This document shows, piece by piece, positions 9,436 to 18,788 of a stretch of DNA of 45,646 nucleotides; within the stretch, counting starts at the first letter, position 1, and each line of letters begins with the position of its first letter. Below the pieces are notes generated by a model that ran no database searches, was not told where the DNA came from, and saw only the letters and a list, made by a program, of their open reading frames with translations. The stretch is from a virus (lineage: Duplodnaviria; Caudoviricetes), in the IMG/VR virus record IMGVR_UViG_3300019996_000009, positions 1-45,646 of that record; one strand, written 5' to 3'. Position numbers and translations under genes: made by a program.

Positions 9436-9486
9436 ATCTCCGCCCCGAGCCACGGGGCTCAACCACCAAAGAAGGGGATAGCCCCG

Positions 9487-10488
9487 ATGGCTACCAACGA
9501 AAGCATCGCTCGCCGGTCGAGCGGATCCGACCCGCTCGTCCCTGAGCCGCTGCGCAAGGAGATCCTGCAGGCCCTGCCGGCAGCGTCCGCCATCATGTCG
9601 CTCGTCCCCGAGACGCAGCGCATCCAGATGTCAGCGCTTACCGAGCGGGTGCCGGTCCTGTCCGTGCTCCCGACGGCGTACTTCGTCAGCGGCGACACGG
9701 GCCTGAAGCAGACCACGAAGCAGCAGTGGCGGAACAAGACCCTCACCGCCGAGGAGATCGCGGTCATCATCCCGATCCCCGAGAACTACATGGCCGACGC
9801 CCAGACCCCCATCTGGGAGCAGGTCAAGCCGCGGCTCATCGAGGCCGCCGGTGCCCTCATCGACGAGGTGGTCGTGTTCAACATGTCCGGCTCCAAGCCG
9901 GTCACGTGGGGCCCGGACATCTACCACCGCGCCATCCTGGCCGGCAACTACGTCCACGAGGGCTACGGCGTCGACCTGGGCGTGGCGGTCGCCCGCGGCG
10001 GCGAGCTCCTCGCCGCGGACGGCTACGACCTGAACGGCTTCGTGTCCAAGCCGGGCCTAAACTGGCGGCTCACGCAGCTGCGGTCGAGCAACGGCGACCC
10101 GATCTACCAGGGCAACCTGCAGGGCGGGGTCGGCCAGACGCTGTACGGCATGCCGCTGCGCGGCCTGAAGAACGGCGCCTGGAACGCCACCGAGTCAACG
10201 CTGATCGGCGGCGACTGGTCGCAGGCCATCGTCGGCATCCGGCAGGACATCTCATTCAAGGTGTTCACCGAGGGCGTCATCTCCGACAGCGAGGGCGCCA
10301 TCGTCCTCAACCTGATGCAGCAGGACTCCATCGCCCTGCGCATGACCATGCGGGTCGCGTGGGAGGTCGCCAACCCCGGCAACCGCCTCAACACCGACAC
10401 CGCCGGTGCGACGGGTGTCGCGCCCACCGAGTCGACGACCCGGTGGCCGTGGTTCGTGCTGCGTCCGGCGGGCTACTCCTACTCCTGA
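9487..10488 (+). CDS. Major capsid protein (HK97 fold)
   Basis: 333 aa, position, motifs LTAEEIAVIIPIPE, GDWSQAIVGIRQDI, NLMQQDSIALR; ends GYSYS. Confidence 0.93.
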   Translation: MATNESIARRSSGSDPLVPEPLRKEILQALPAASAIMSLVPETQRIQMSALTERVPVLSVLPTAYFVSGDTGLKQTTKQQWRNKTLTAEEIAVIIPIPENYMADAQTPIWEQVKPRLIEAAGALIDEVVVFNMSGSKPVTWGPDIYHRAILAGNYVHEGYGVDLGVAVARGGELLAADGYDLNGFVSKPGLNWRLTQLRSSNGDPIYQGNLQGGVGQTLYGMPLRGLKNGAWNATESTLIGGDWSQAIVGIRQDISFKVFTEGVISDSEGAIVLNLMQQDSIALRMTMRVAWEVANPGNRLNTDTAGATGVAPTESTTRWPWFVLRPAGYSYS

Positions 10489-10506
10489 TCAAGGAGATCC
10501 GCGCGC

Positions 10507-11556
10507 ATGAAGGTGTTGGCCCTGGCCCACCAGTACGTCCCAGTCCGGAACGCGGGCGCGGAGACCATGCTTCACGGCATGCTCTCCGCGCTCGCGCGGG
10601 CCGGCCACGACGTGCACGTCTCACTGTCCAGCCAGGTCGGGGCGCCCTACGTCCACGAGGGCATCAACGTGTGGCCCCGAACCGAGGGTGCCAAGCCCGA
10701 CCACTTCCGCCACGTGCCCGGCGCGGCCGTGCTCATCGCCCACCTCGAGAACTCCGAGGTCGCCTCGTTCATGGGCCACCTCAACGACCTGCCCGTTGTC
10801 CTCGTCCACCACAACACGTTCGCCGTAACCCGCAAGATGCTCCACTTCTACGGCGCCCGCGTCGACCTGGTCGTCGTCAACAGCCAGTGGATGGCCGACG
10901 ACCTGATCGCGTGGCACCGGCTGAACGAACTCACTCCGCCACGCACGATCGTGGTGCGTCCGCTCGTCGACCGGGCCGACTACGCCACCGAGCCCGGCGA
11001 CCGTGTGACGTTGGTCAACCTGAAGCGGCAGAGCCTGGACCCCGGATCGGCGATCACCTTCGGCAAGGGGTCGGAGACGTTCTGGTCGGTCGCCGCCCGC
11101 ATGCCTAAGACCAAGTTCCTCGGCGTCACCGGCGCCTACGGCGAGCAGCAGACCGGCGACCTGTCAAACGTGGAGGTTCTGCCGCACACCCCGCGCATGC
11201 GCGACGAGGTGTACGCCCGGACGCGGGTGCTGTTGGTTCCGTCCAACTACGAATCGTGGGGCCGGGTCGCGACGGAGGCGCTGTGCTCCGGCATCCCGGT
11301 CATCGCGCACCCGACACCCGGCCTGGTCGAGAACCTCGGCGACGCAGGCATCTTCGTCGACTGGCAGGACGTCGATGGGTGGGTGCGGGCGCTGCGGACA
11401 CTCGCGCTGCCCGGCCCGTACACCGCTGCGCGTCGGCGGGCCCTGGCCCGGGCCGACGAGCACCAGCGGATGCGAGCCCACGACGAGGAGGTGTGGTGCT
11501 CCCATGTCGAGGCCCTCGGTAGCCGTCGTCATTCCATGGCGTCCCTCGCCAGGTAG
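10507..11556 (+). CDS. GT4-family (GT-B) glycosyltransferase
   Basis: GAETMLH N-terminal motif and VPSNYESWGRVATEALCSGIPVI (E-x7-E). Confidence 0.9.
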   Translation: MKVLALAHQYVPVRNAGAETMLHGMLSALARAGHDVHVSLSSQVGAPYVHEGINVWPRTEGAKPDHFRHVPGAAVLIAHLENSEVASFMGHLNDLPVVLVHHNTFAVTRKMLHFYGARVDLVVVNSQWMADDLIAWHRLNELTPPRTIVVRPLVDRADYATEPGDRVTLVNLKRQSLDPGSAITFGKGSETFWSVAARMPKTKFLGVTGAYGEQQTGDLSNVEVLPHTPRMRDEVYARTRVLLVPSNYESWGRVATEALCSGIPVIAHPTPGLVENLGDAGIFVDWQDVDGWVRALRTLALPGPYTAARRRALARADEHQRMRAHDEEVWCSHVEALGSRRHSMASLAR

Positions 11557-12178
11557 GGAACGCAACCTCGCCGCCACGCTCGCCAGCCTGCAGGCCTTCG
11601 GCGAGGTCGACGTGATCCTTGCCGACTCTCACGCTGACCCCTTCAGCCGTGCCGGTTCCCGCAACGCCGGTGTACGTGAGGCGAAAGCTGACGTGCTGGT
11701 GGTGCTGGACGCCGACGCCATCGTCGAGCCCGACCCGTTGCACGCCGCCATCAACGCGGCCGAGGACGGCAAACTGCACCTGCCCTACGGTGCGTGCCGG
11801 CTGCTGACCCGTGACGGCTCTGAGGCTGTGATTGCCGGCGTCTCCCCGCACCTCGCAGCTGCGTGGTTCGTCAACACCCAGTCTGTCGGCGGGTGTGCCG
11901 TCGTCACCTACGAGACGTGGGCTGCGGTCGGCGGCTGGGATGAGCGGTTCGTCGGTTGGGGGTTCGAGGACACCGCGTTCTGGTCTGTCGTCGACACCCT
12001 GTTCGGCCACGTCCGCCACGACGGCACGCTGTACGACCTGTGGCACCCCGACAGTCGCGGCATCGGCACACCGCAGTACGCGGCCGGCAAGGCGTTGTGC
12101 GACCGCTACACCGACGCCCAGGGCAACCGCCGCGCCATGCGAGCACTCATTGAGGAGCGGGTATGCGCGTTGGTGTGA
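11504..12178 (+). CDS. GT-A glycosyltransferase (GT2/GT7-like)
   Basis: MSRPSVAVVIPWR, FSRAGSRNAG, DAD motif, GGWDERFVGWGFED. Confidence 0.88.
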   Translation: MSRPSVAVVIPWRPSPGRERNLAATLASLQAFGEVDVILADSHADPFSRAGSRNAGVREAKADVLVVLDADAIVEPDPLHAAINAAEDGKLHLPYGACRLLTRDGSEAVIAGVSPHLAAAWFVNTQSVGGCAVVTYETWAAVGGWDERFVGWGFEDTAFWSVVDTLFGHVRHDGTLYDLWHPDSRGIGTPQYAAGKALCDRYTDAQGNRRAMRALIEERVCALV

Positions 12179-13164
12179 CAGGTGGCGCAGGCTTCATCGG
12201 CGGGCACGTCCTGGACGTCCTGCTCGAGCGGGGTCACGAGCCGGTGGCCTTCGACCGCCTCGGCCGGGGCCAGCGTGATGGCGTTGAGGTCATGCTCGGC
12301 GACACCCGCGACGACGTCTCGGTTACCGAGCTCGCCGCGCACGTCGATGGGATCATCCACCTCGCGTCGGTGCTCGGCACCCAGGAGACGGTGCACAACC
12401 CGCGGCCCGCGGTGATGACCAACGTGATCTCGGGCATGAACGTCTTCGAGGCCGGCGTCCAGTACGGCCTGCCGGTGGTCAATATCTGCGTCGGAAACGC
12501 CGGCTTCTCCAACCCCTACTCGGCCAGCAAGACGTGCGTCGAGACGCTCGGGCACATGTACGTCCGCGACCGCGGCCTTGCGCTCAATCAGGTGCGGCTC
12601 GTCAACGCCTACGGCCCGCGGCAGTCGATGGCCGCCCCGTACGGCACCAGCAAGGTACGCAAGATCGCCCCTGCGTTCATCGCCCGCGCCCTCACCGGTG
12701 CCCCCGTGCAGATCTACGGCGACGGCAAGCAGGTGTCGGACATGGTGTGGGTGCGCGACGGCGCCCTAGCGTTGGTGCTCGCCCTGGAGGCTGCAGCCGC
12801 CGGCAATGTCATACCGGATGTGCTGGAGTGCGGCCCGCTCGACCATCACACCGTGCTCGAGGTAGCAGAGGCGATCCTCGCCGAGGCTGAGTTTCTGACC
12901 GGCAACCGGTCCCCGATCGAGCATCTGCCGATGCGACCGGGCGAGACCGCCGGCGCTTATGTCACGTGTGACCCGGAGACGCTCGGCCCGATCGGCATGG
13001 TCCCGGGCGACTTGAAGCCTCTCGCCGCCGGCATCGAAGAGACGGCGCTGTGGTACGCCCAGCACTGGCTGCCGACGTGGCGCGAGACGCCCCAGCAGTG
13101 GTGCCTCGACGGTCGGGGTGGCGACTGCGGTTGGTGCTCGAGGACCTGCGGGGACCTCGCGTGA
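12163..13164 (+). CDS. NAD-dependent epimerase/dehydratase (extended SDR)
   Basis: TGGAGFIG, YSASK (YxxxK), NAYGPRQ, IYGDGKQVSD. Confidence 0.92.
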   Translation: MRVGVTGGAGFIGGHVLDVLLERGHEPVAFDRLGRGQRDGVEVMLGDTRDDVSVTELAAHVDGIIHLASVLGTQETVHNPRPAVMTNVISGMNVFEAGVQYGLPVVNICVGNAGFSNPYSASKTCVETLGHMYVRDRGLALNQVRLVNAYGPRQSMAAPYGTSKVRKIAPAFIARALTGAPVQIYGDGKQVSDMVWVRDGALALVLALEAAAAGNVIPDVLECGPLDHHTVLEVAEAILAEAEFLTGNRSPIEHLPMRPGETAGAYVTCDPETLGPIGMVPGDLKPLAAGIEETALWYAQHWLPTWRETPQQWCLDGRGGDCGWCSRTCGDLA

Positions 13165-14171
13165 GCGTCGCGATCGTCACCGGCGCGGGCGGCCTGGTCG
13201 GCTCGGCCGTGGTCCGGCACTTTGCCGGGCTGGGCCTGGACGTCGTTGGCGTCGACAATGACCTGCGGGGCAAGCTCCACGGCGTGGACGGGTCGACGCA
13301 GTCCACCGTGTCCCGCCTGCTGGATGAGGTCGACGGGTACCAGCACAAGGACATCGACATCCGGGACTCGTCTGCGGTGAACGCGTCGATCGCCGGCGCG
13401 TCGCTGGTGGTTCACTGCGCTGCGCAGGCCGCACACGAGTCCGGCGACCCGGCCGTTGACTGGCAGGTCAACTCGGTCGGCACGATGAACGTGTTGGACG
13501 CGGTGCGCCAATACGCCCCCGACGCGGTTGTCGTCGTCATGTCGACGATCAAGGTCTACGGGCTTACGCCGAACGAGTTCAACTACCGCGAGCTCGAGAC
13601 CCGGTACGACCTGCCCGACCACGCGGGATTCGATGAGGCGTTGGGCATCGACGGACCACACGGCCTGTTCGGCGCGTCCAAAACCGTGGCCGACCTGATG
13701 GCGCAGGAGTACGGGCACACCTTCGGCCTGCGGACCGCCGTCCTGCGTCCTGGGTGCCTGACCGGATCGGGCCACGCGGGCGTACGAGCCCACGGCTTCC
13801 TGGCCTGGCTGGTGCGGTGCGTCGCGACGGGCCGGCCCTACCAGGCCGAGGGCACGGGCAAGCAGGTCCGCGACCAGCTCCACGTCACCGATGTCGCGTC
13901 CGCGGTGGAGGCGATTTGGCGGGACCCGCCCAAGCCGGGCACGGTGTTCAACCTCGGCGGCGGTCGCGGCACCGAGGTGAGCGTGCTGGAGGCGCTGGCC
14001 CTGGCCGAGGAGATCACCGGCCGCCGTGCGGTCGTTGAGCACGTGCGCGGCCGCGAGGACGACCACCGCTGGTGGGTGACGGACACTTCCCGGCTGCGGG
14101 ACCGGTACGGGTGGAAGCCGACGGTCGGGGTACGGGAGATCATCGCCGAATTGGCGCAGAGGTGGCAGTGA
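13161..14171 (+). CDS. NDP-sugar epimerase related to CDP-paratose/tyvelose 2-epimerase
   Basis: TGAGGLVG, MSTIKVYG, LFGASKTVADLMAQEYG, GCLTG..H.G...HGFL, GKQVRD, FNLGGG. Confidence 0.85.
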   Translation: MSVAIVTGAGGLVGSAVVRHFAGLGLDVVGVDNDLRGKLHGVDGSTQSTVSRLLDEVDGYQHKDIDIRDSSAVNASIAGASLVVHCAAQAAHESGDPAVDWQVNSVGTMNVLDAVRQYAPDAVVVVMSTIKVYGLTPNEFNYRELETRYDLPDHAGFDEALGIDGPHGLFGASKTVADLMAQEYGHTFGLRTAVLRPGCLTGSGHAGVRAHGFLAWLVRCVATGRPYQAEGTGKQVRDQLHVTDVASAVEAIWRDPPKPGTVFNLGGGRGTEVSVLEALALAEEITGRRAVVEHVRGREDDHRWWVTDTSRLRDRYGWKPTVGVREIIAELAQRWQ

Positions 14172-14860
14172 CTCCGCCGACGTGGACGATCCTCGTTGCC
14201 ACCCTCGGCCAACGTGAGGATCTGCTTCGCCGGATGCTTGACGGGCTGCTGCCGCAGGTCGCAGCCGCAGATGGCCGGGTCAAGGTGCTGGCCTACTGGG
14301 ACAACGGCCAGGCCACCATCGCCGATAAAAGGCAGGCACTCCTCGACGCCGCCGACAGCGACTATGTGTCGTTCGTGGACGACGACGACACCGTCTCCGA
14401 CGACTACGTGCCCGCAGTCCTCGCTGCGCTTCGGCAGCGCCGCGACTACATCGGTTTCAAGCTCATCGTCTACCAGGACGGGCAGCGGCTAGGGACGTCG
14501 CATCACAGCCTGTTATACGGCGGGTGGGTCAACCGCGGCGGCGACTACTTCCGGGACATCACCCACATCAACCCGATGCGCACCGACATCGCCCAGACGG
14601 CCAGGTTTGACCTGACAGCCCCCGGCCAGCCCGAAGACACGACATGGGTCGACCAGCTCCGCGGCCGCCTGGTCAGCGAAGTGTTCATCCCCCGGGTCCT
14701 CTACCACTACTGGTGGGTGCCAACCCAGTCGACATGGACCACCCCCGGCCGGATCCGTTCCACCCAACCGTCCGGCTACGTGTGGCAGCCGTCGGCAGTC
14801 GACTCGCCACACTTCGCCTGGCACCCGGCCAGCCCACTACCCCGAAGGGTGTTGCGATGA
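14168..14860 (+). CDS. GT2-like glycosyltransferase
   Basis: WTILVATLGQR, IADKRQALL, YVSFVDDDD, HINPMR, ED motif. Confidence 0.82.
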   Translation: MTPPTWTILVATLGQREDLLRRMLDGLLPQVAAADGRVKVLAYWDNGQATIADKRQALLDAADSDYVSFVDDDDTVSDDYVPAVLAALRQRRDYIGFKLIVYQDGQRLGTSHHSLLYGGWVNRGGDYFRDITHINPMRTDIAQTARFDLTAPGQPEDTTWVDQLRGRLVSEVFIPRVLYHYWWVPTQSTWTTPGRIRSTQPSGYVWQPSAVDSPHFAWHPASPLPRRVLR

Positions 14861-15573
14861 CGGAGATCCTCATCATCGTCCCGGCCCGCACCCGAACCTG
14901 GAACATCAAGCGTCTGCTGACAGCATGGGGCGAGACCGGCGCGTGGGGCGTCGCAGACCTTCGGGTGGACGTCGATGCTGACGACCCGGCGCTAGCGGAC
15001 TACCAGGCGATAGACCTGCCCGCGGGCGCGCGCATGGTGGTGTGGGACCACTGGATGCCGTGCATGCACAAGCTCGAGGCCGCGGTCGCGCAAGAAGTCG
15101 ACGCGTACTTCGCGCTCGGGTTCATGGGCGACGACCACGTGCCGCGCACCCACGGGTGGGCGCAACGCTGGCTGGACGTCCTGCGCGAGCTTGGCTCGGG
15201 CACGGTGTACGGCGCCGACGGCTACCAGGACGAGACGCTGCCGACGCAGTGGGCCACCACAACCGACCTCATCAAGGCCCTAGGCCGGATGGTGCCGGCG
15301 CCGGTCGAGCACCTGTTCTCGGACACTGCGGTCGGCACGCTCGGGCAAGAGGCCGGATGCATCCGCTACCTGCCCGACACGTTCATCGAGCACATGCACT
15401 ACATCGTCGGGAAGTCGCCCCACGACGCCCAGTACGAGCGGGTCAACAGCCGCGGCCAGTGGGACCGCGACGAGGCCGCATACCTGCGGTGGAAGCGCGA
15501 ACAGCTGCCCGCTGACGTGGCAACCGTTCGCGCACTCACTGATCGGGTTGCTCAAGCAGAGGGAGCGCGCTGA
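14857..15573 (+). CDS. GT2-like glycosyltransferase
   Basis: ILIIVPARTR, FMGDDHVPRTHGW, HLFSD, IEHMH. Confidence 0.8.
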   Translation: MTEILIIVPARTRTWNIKRLLTAWGETGAWGVADLRVDVDADDPALADYQAIDLPAGARMVVWDHWMPCMHKLEAAVAQEVDAYFALGFMGDDHVPRTHGWAQRWLDVLRELGSGTVYGADGYQDETLPTQWATTTDLIKALGRMVPAPVEHLFSDTAVGTLGQEAGCIRYLPDTFIEHMHYIVGKSPHDAQYERVNSRGQWDRDEAAYLRWKREQLPADVATVRALTDRVAQAEGAR

Positions 15574-15986
15574 TGGCTGAGACCGTCACCAACCGCGGCA
15601 AGTACCTGGTGGCCACCGCCGGGCTGTCCGGCCTGGACCTCCGGATGCTCGCCTTCACCGGCACGCAGACCGGCACCGCCGACCCCGACATCAACACCGT
15701 CGCGGAGTTGGATGCTGTGTCCGGGGTGTCGATCCACACCGAGCGGCTGGCCCTAACTGGCGAGGCGATCACCGAGGATGACACCGACAACCGGGCCGAG
15801 GCCGACGCCGCCAATCCGGCCTTCGCTGCCGCCGCGGGCGTGACTGCGCAGGGTGTGGCCATCTACGACGAGGGCAACGCCACCGACGCCGGCCGGCAGA
15901 TCCTGGCCATCTTCACCACGGGTTTCCCGCAGCCGATGGACGGCGGCCTGACGGTGACCATCGCCGACTGGCTCCGTCTCGCCTGA
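15573..15986 (+). CDS. Putative virion structural protein
   Basis: Translationally coupled in the structural operon; Thr/Ala/Asp-rich, likely beta structure. Confidence 0.55.
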   Translation: MAETVTNRGKYLVATAGLSGLDLRMLAFTGTQTGTADPDINTVAELDAVSGVSIHTERLALTGEAITEDDTDNRAEADAANPAFAAAAGVTAQGVAIYDEGNATDAGRQILAIFTTGFPQPMDGGLTVTIADWLRLA

Positions 15987-15998
15987 TCGGAGGCGGTC

Positions 15999-16799
15999 GT
16001 GACCACGCGGGCGTTCGTCTGGTCCGGCTCGATCAGCCAGAACGCTGACGCGAACACGTCCTACACGCTGGGCCTCCGGTTCGAACTCCTCACGGGCAAC
16101 ACGCTGGACTGCGTCGGCGTCCGCTACCGCATCCCAGCCACGCTCAGCAGCACCCCCGGCGTGACGGTCGGCCTGTGGCGGTTTGGCGACCAGGCGTTGC
16201 TGGCGTCGAAGGCCTACGCGACTCAACCCGGGGACGCCGGGCTCGAGGTCGACGTCCTGTTCGACACCCCGGTAACCCTGGACGACGGCGGCACAAACGA
16301 GTACGTCGTCGGCGTGCTCACGACCGGCACCGGCGGTACAGTCCGCTACCCCACCATCGGCTCGTACCCGGTGCCCGTCACCCAGGACCCGCTGTTCGCC
16401 GGCCTCGCCGCCTTCCGGTTCGTGGTCGGCGCGTCGCTAACGTTCCCGACCAGCGGCACCGCGGCCAACTTCCTCGTCTCCCCGATCCTGGACACCGGCG
16501 GCCCGGTCGACGTCACCCTCACGCCCGCCGTCCTGACCTTCACCGCCGTACCCCTCACCGCGACGCCCGGACCGATCACAGTCGCTCTCACGCCGGCCGA
16601 GGCCACACTCACTGCCCAGCCATTGACCGCAACGCCCGGGGCCGTGACGGTCGCCCTCACGCCCGCGGTCATCACCTTCACAGCCATGCCCGTCCTCTCG
16701 GCCATCGAGACCGGGACGCTCACCGCCGGGGCGACCGCGTCAACGCTGACCGCGTCCACCGCGACACCCGTCACCTTGACCGCTTCAACCGTGCCGTGA
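15999..16799 (+). CDS. Putative virion decoration/fibre protein, DUF4082-like N-terminus with Thr-rich repeats
   Basis: YTLGLRF...GVRY..., LFDTPVTL...YVVGV; three copies of V(T/A)LTPAxxTxTAxP. Confidence 0.55.
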   Translation: MTTRAFVWSGSISQNADANTSYTLGLRFELLTGNTLDCVGVRYRIPATLSSTPGVTVGLWRFGDQALLASKAYATQPGDAGLEVDVLFDTPVTLDDGGTNEYVVGVLTTGTGGTVRYPTIGSYPVPVTQDPLFAGLAAFRFVVGASLTFPTSGTAANFLVSPILDTGGPVDVTLTPAVLTFTAVPLTATPGPITVALTPAEATLTAQPLTATPGAVTVALTPAVITFTAMPVLSAIETGTLTAGATASTLTASTATPVTLTASTVP

Positions 16800-16809
16800 G
16801 GGGAGCGCC

Positions 16810-17718
16810 GTGACCGACATCGGAGACTGGCTCACACCGACGTTGACCGTCGGCACGTTCGACGGATCCACTGTGGCGTCCCTCGTCATGACCCTGCCCG
16901 ACGGCACCACCGCCGCCGGAACCGGCGAGGCCACGGCCGGCAGCGGAGCGTGGACCGCCGACGCCGTACAACTCAGCCAGGCCGGCCTGTGGGTCATGAC
17001 CTGGACGGTCACCGGAACAGGCAAAGGCGTCGAACACCACTTCGTCGCGGTCAACCCGGCCCCGACCGCAGTCGCCGCCCCGACAGACCTCCTCGCCAAC
17101 ATCACCGACCTGATCTACCGGGTGCCCACCCTCACCGAGGCGCAACTGTCCCGGGCGCCCGCGCTTCTCGCCGACGCGTCGGCGAAGATCCGCGGCTACA
17201 CCCGGCAGCACATCAGCTACGTCGAGGACGACGTGGTGGAGCTCCGCCCGGTCGGCACCGAACTGCGGCTACCGCAACGGCCCGTGGTTGATGTGTCGTC
17301 AGTCGTCGCAGTCGGCTGGACCGGCGTGCCGGACATCACCATCCCGGCCGGCGCGTGGGGCTGGGACGGCCTCGACGTCGTCAACGTCCGACCACTGTCG
17401 TCGGAGTGGTGGATCAACCTGCCGGAGTCGTGGGCCGATGGCGACGGGCCGAACGTGTACCGGGTGACGAACTCCCACGGGTACGACCCAGTCCCCGACG
17501 ACGTGGTCGCCGTGGCCTGCTCGATGGTGCTCCGCGTCCTCACCTCGCCCTCCCTCACGGAGGGCATGACGTCGGAACGGATCGGCCAGTACTCCTACCA
17601 GATGGGCCAGTTCGCAGGCGGCGGCGCCGCCGGCTCGTCGGTGCGGCTGTCCGAGGATGACAAGACCGACCTGACCCGCTACCGCCGCAAGGCCACCACC
17701 ATCCAGATGAGGCTGTGA
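16810..17718 (+). CDS. Head-to-tail adaptor with N-terminal Ig-like extension
   Basis: LANITDL...ALLADASAKIRGY, LRLPQRPV, HGYDPVPDDVVAVACSMVLRVL, ERIGQYSY. Confidence 0.8.
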   Translation: MTDIGDWLTPTLTVGTFDGSTVASLVMTLPDGTTAAGTGEATAGSGAWTADAVQLSQAGLWVMTWTVTGTGKGVEHHFVAVNPAPTAVAAPTDLLANITDLIYRVPTLTEAQLSRAPALLADASAKIRGYTRQHISYVEDDVVELRPVGTELRLPQRPVVDVSSVVAVGWTGVPDITIPAGAWGWDGLDVVNVRPLSSEWWINLPESWADGDGPNVYRVTNSHGYDPVPDDVVAVACSMVLRVLTSPSLTEGMTSERIGQYSYQMGQFAGGGAAGSSVRLSEDDKTDLTRYRRKATTIQMRL

Positions 17719-18062
17719 TGGGCATCCCCGACGGCATGCTGCCGCAGACCGTCACAAGGATCCGGCCGTCGTCGTCCACCAACACCTACGGCGACACGGC
17801 CTTCAGCTACATCGTGCCGCCCGCCACGTCGACCACCATGGCGGCCTGGCTGCAGCAGAACAACCGCACCGAAGAAGCGACCGAAGGCCGGGCCCCGCTC
17901 GACCAGCGGTGGCTGCTCATCACCAACGACTCCGACGTCGAGGGCCACGACCGCATCGTGTGGGGCGCGCTCACCTTCGAGGTCGACGGGCCACCCGCGC
18001 CGGTCTACACCCCGGGTGGCTACCACCACACCGAGGCGACGCTGAAGGTGGTGGAGGGCTGA
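17715..18062 (+). CDS. Head-to-tail stopper (alternative start 17718)
   Basis: Synteny; DRIVWGALTFEVDGPP...HHTEATLKVVEG motif. Confidence 0.8.
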   Translation: MMGIPDGMLPQTVTRIRPSSSTNTYGDTAFSYIVPPATSTTMAAWLQQNNRTEEATEGRAPLDQRWLLITNDSDVEGHDRIVWGALTFEVDGPPAPVYTPGGYHHTEATLKVVEG

Positions 18063-18352
18063 TGGCCAGACTGGAGCGGTACCGCCCCAACCGGGGCGGC
18101 ATGGCCGACGTCGCCCGTTCCCGGCCCATAGACGGGATGCTGGAGCGGAAGGCAGACCACGTTGCCGCCGTCGCCCAGGCCGACTACGACTCGCAGCCGC
18201 CCCACACTGGCCGGGTCGAAGTTGAAGTCGTGCAAGCCGACTCCGATTCCGACCGGGCCCGCGTCGCGGTCATCGCCCGTCACCCGGCGGCCCTGCATTT
18301 CGAGGCTGACCGGCGGGTCCTCGGCGGGGCCATCGACGCGGCGAGGCACTGA
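18062..18352 (+). CDS. Neck/tail-completion protein
   Basis: Synteny between stopper and terminator; TGATG coupling at both ends. Confidence 0.65.
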   Translation: MARLERYRPNRGGMADVARSRPIDGMLERKADHVAAVAQADYDSQPPHTGRVEVEVVQADSDSDRARVAVIARHPAALHFEADRRVLGGAIDAARH

Positions 18353-18738
18353 TGGCCTACCCCGACGTCCTCAACCTGTTGCGCGACCACCTCGCCACCA
18401 CTCACACCCCGGTGCCGGTGGTGACCAGGGTGCCCAACGGGCGACCCACCCGGTTCGTCCAGCTGCGCAACGTCGGCGGCGCCAAACTGCCGCCCGTCCG
18501 GGTCGTGGCCCGGTTCGACGTGTTCACGTGGTCGTCGACCGAGGAGCAGGCCGCATCCGATGCGCTCGCCGTCAGGGCGACCATCAACGGCCTCGCCGGC
18601 ACCGACACCCTCGGCGTCACCTGCTACCGCGTCGAGGAGACCCTCGGCCCTCGCCAGGCCGACGACCTCATCACCGGCATGTTCCGGTGGTGGGCCACCT
18701 ATGCGCTCACGTGTCGCGCCAACGACGCGATCCGCTGA
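18352..18738 (+). CDS. Tail terminator protein
   Basis: VVTRVPNGRPTRFVQLRNVGG motif; upstream of major tail gene. Confidence 0.8.
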   Translation: MAYPDVLNLLRDHLATTHTPVPVVTRVPNGRPTRFVQLRNVGGAKLPPVRVVARFDVFTWSSTEEQAASDALAVRATINGLAGTDTLGVTCYRVEETLGPRQADDLITGMFRWWATYALTCRANDAIR

Positions 18739-18788
18739 CCCCGGCTCCGCGCGCCGGTGATCCAACCCACTAGCAGTACGGAGGAATC

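Noticed and set aside
10507-15573. Glycosyltransferases as a DNA hypermodification system
   Set aside because: No hydroxymethylase, TET/JBP, thymidylate-synthase-like gene or DNA polymerase recognised, and the cassette lies in the late structural operon; disfavoured but not excluded
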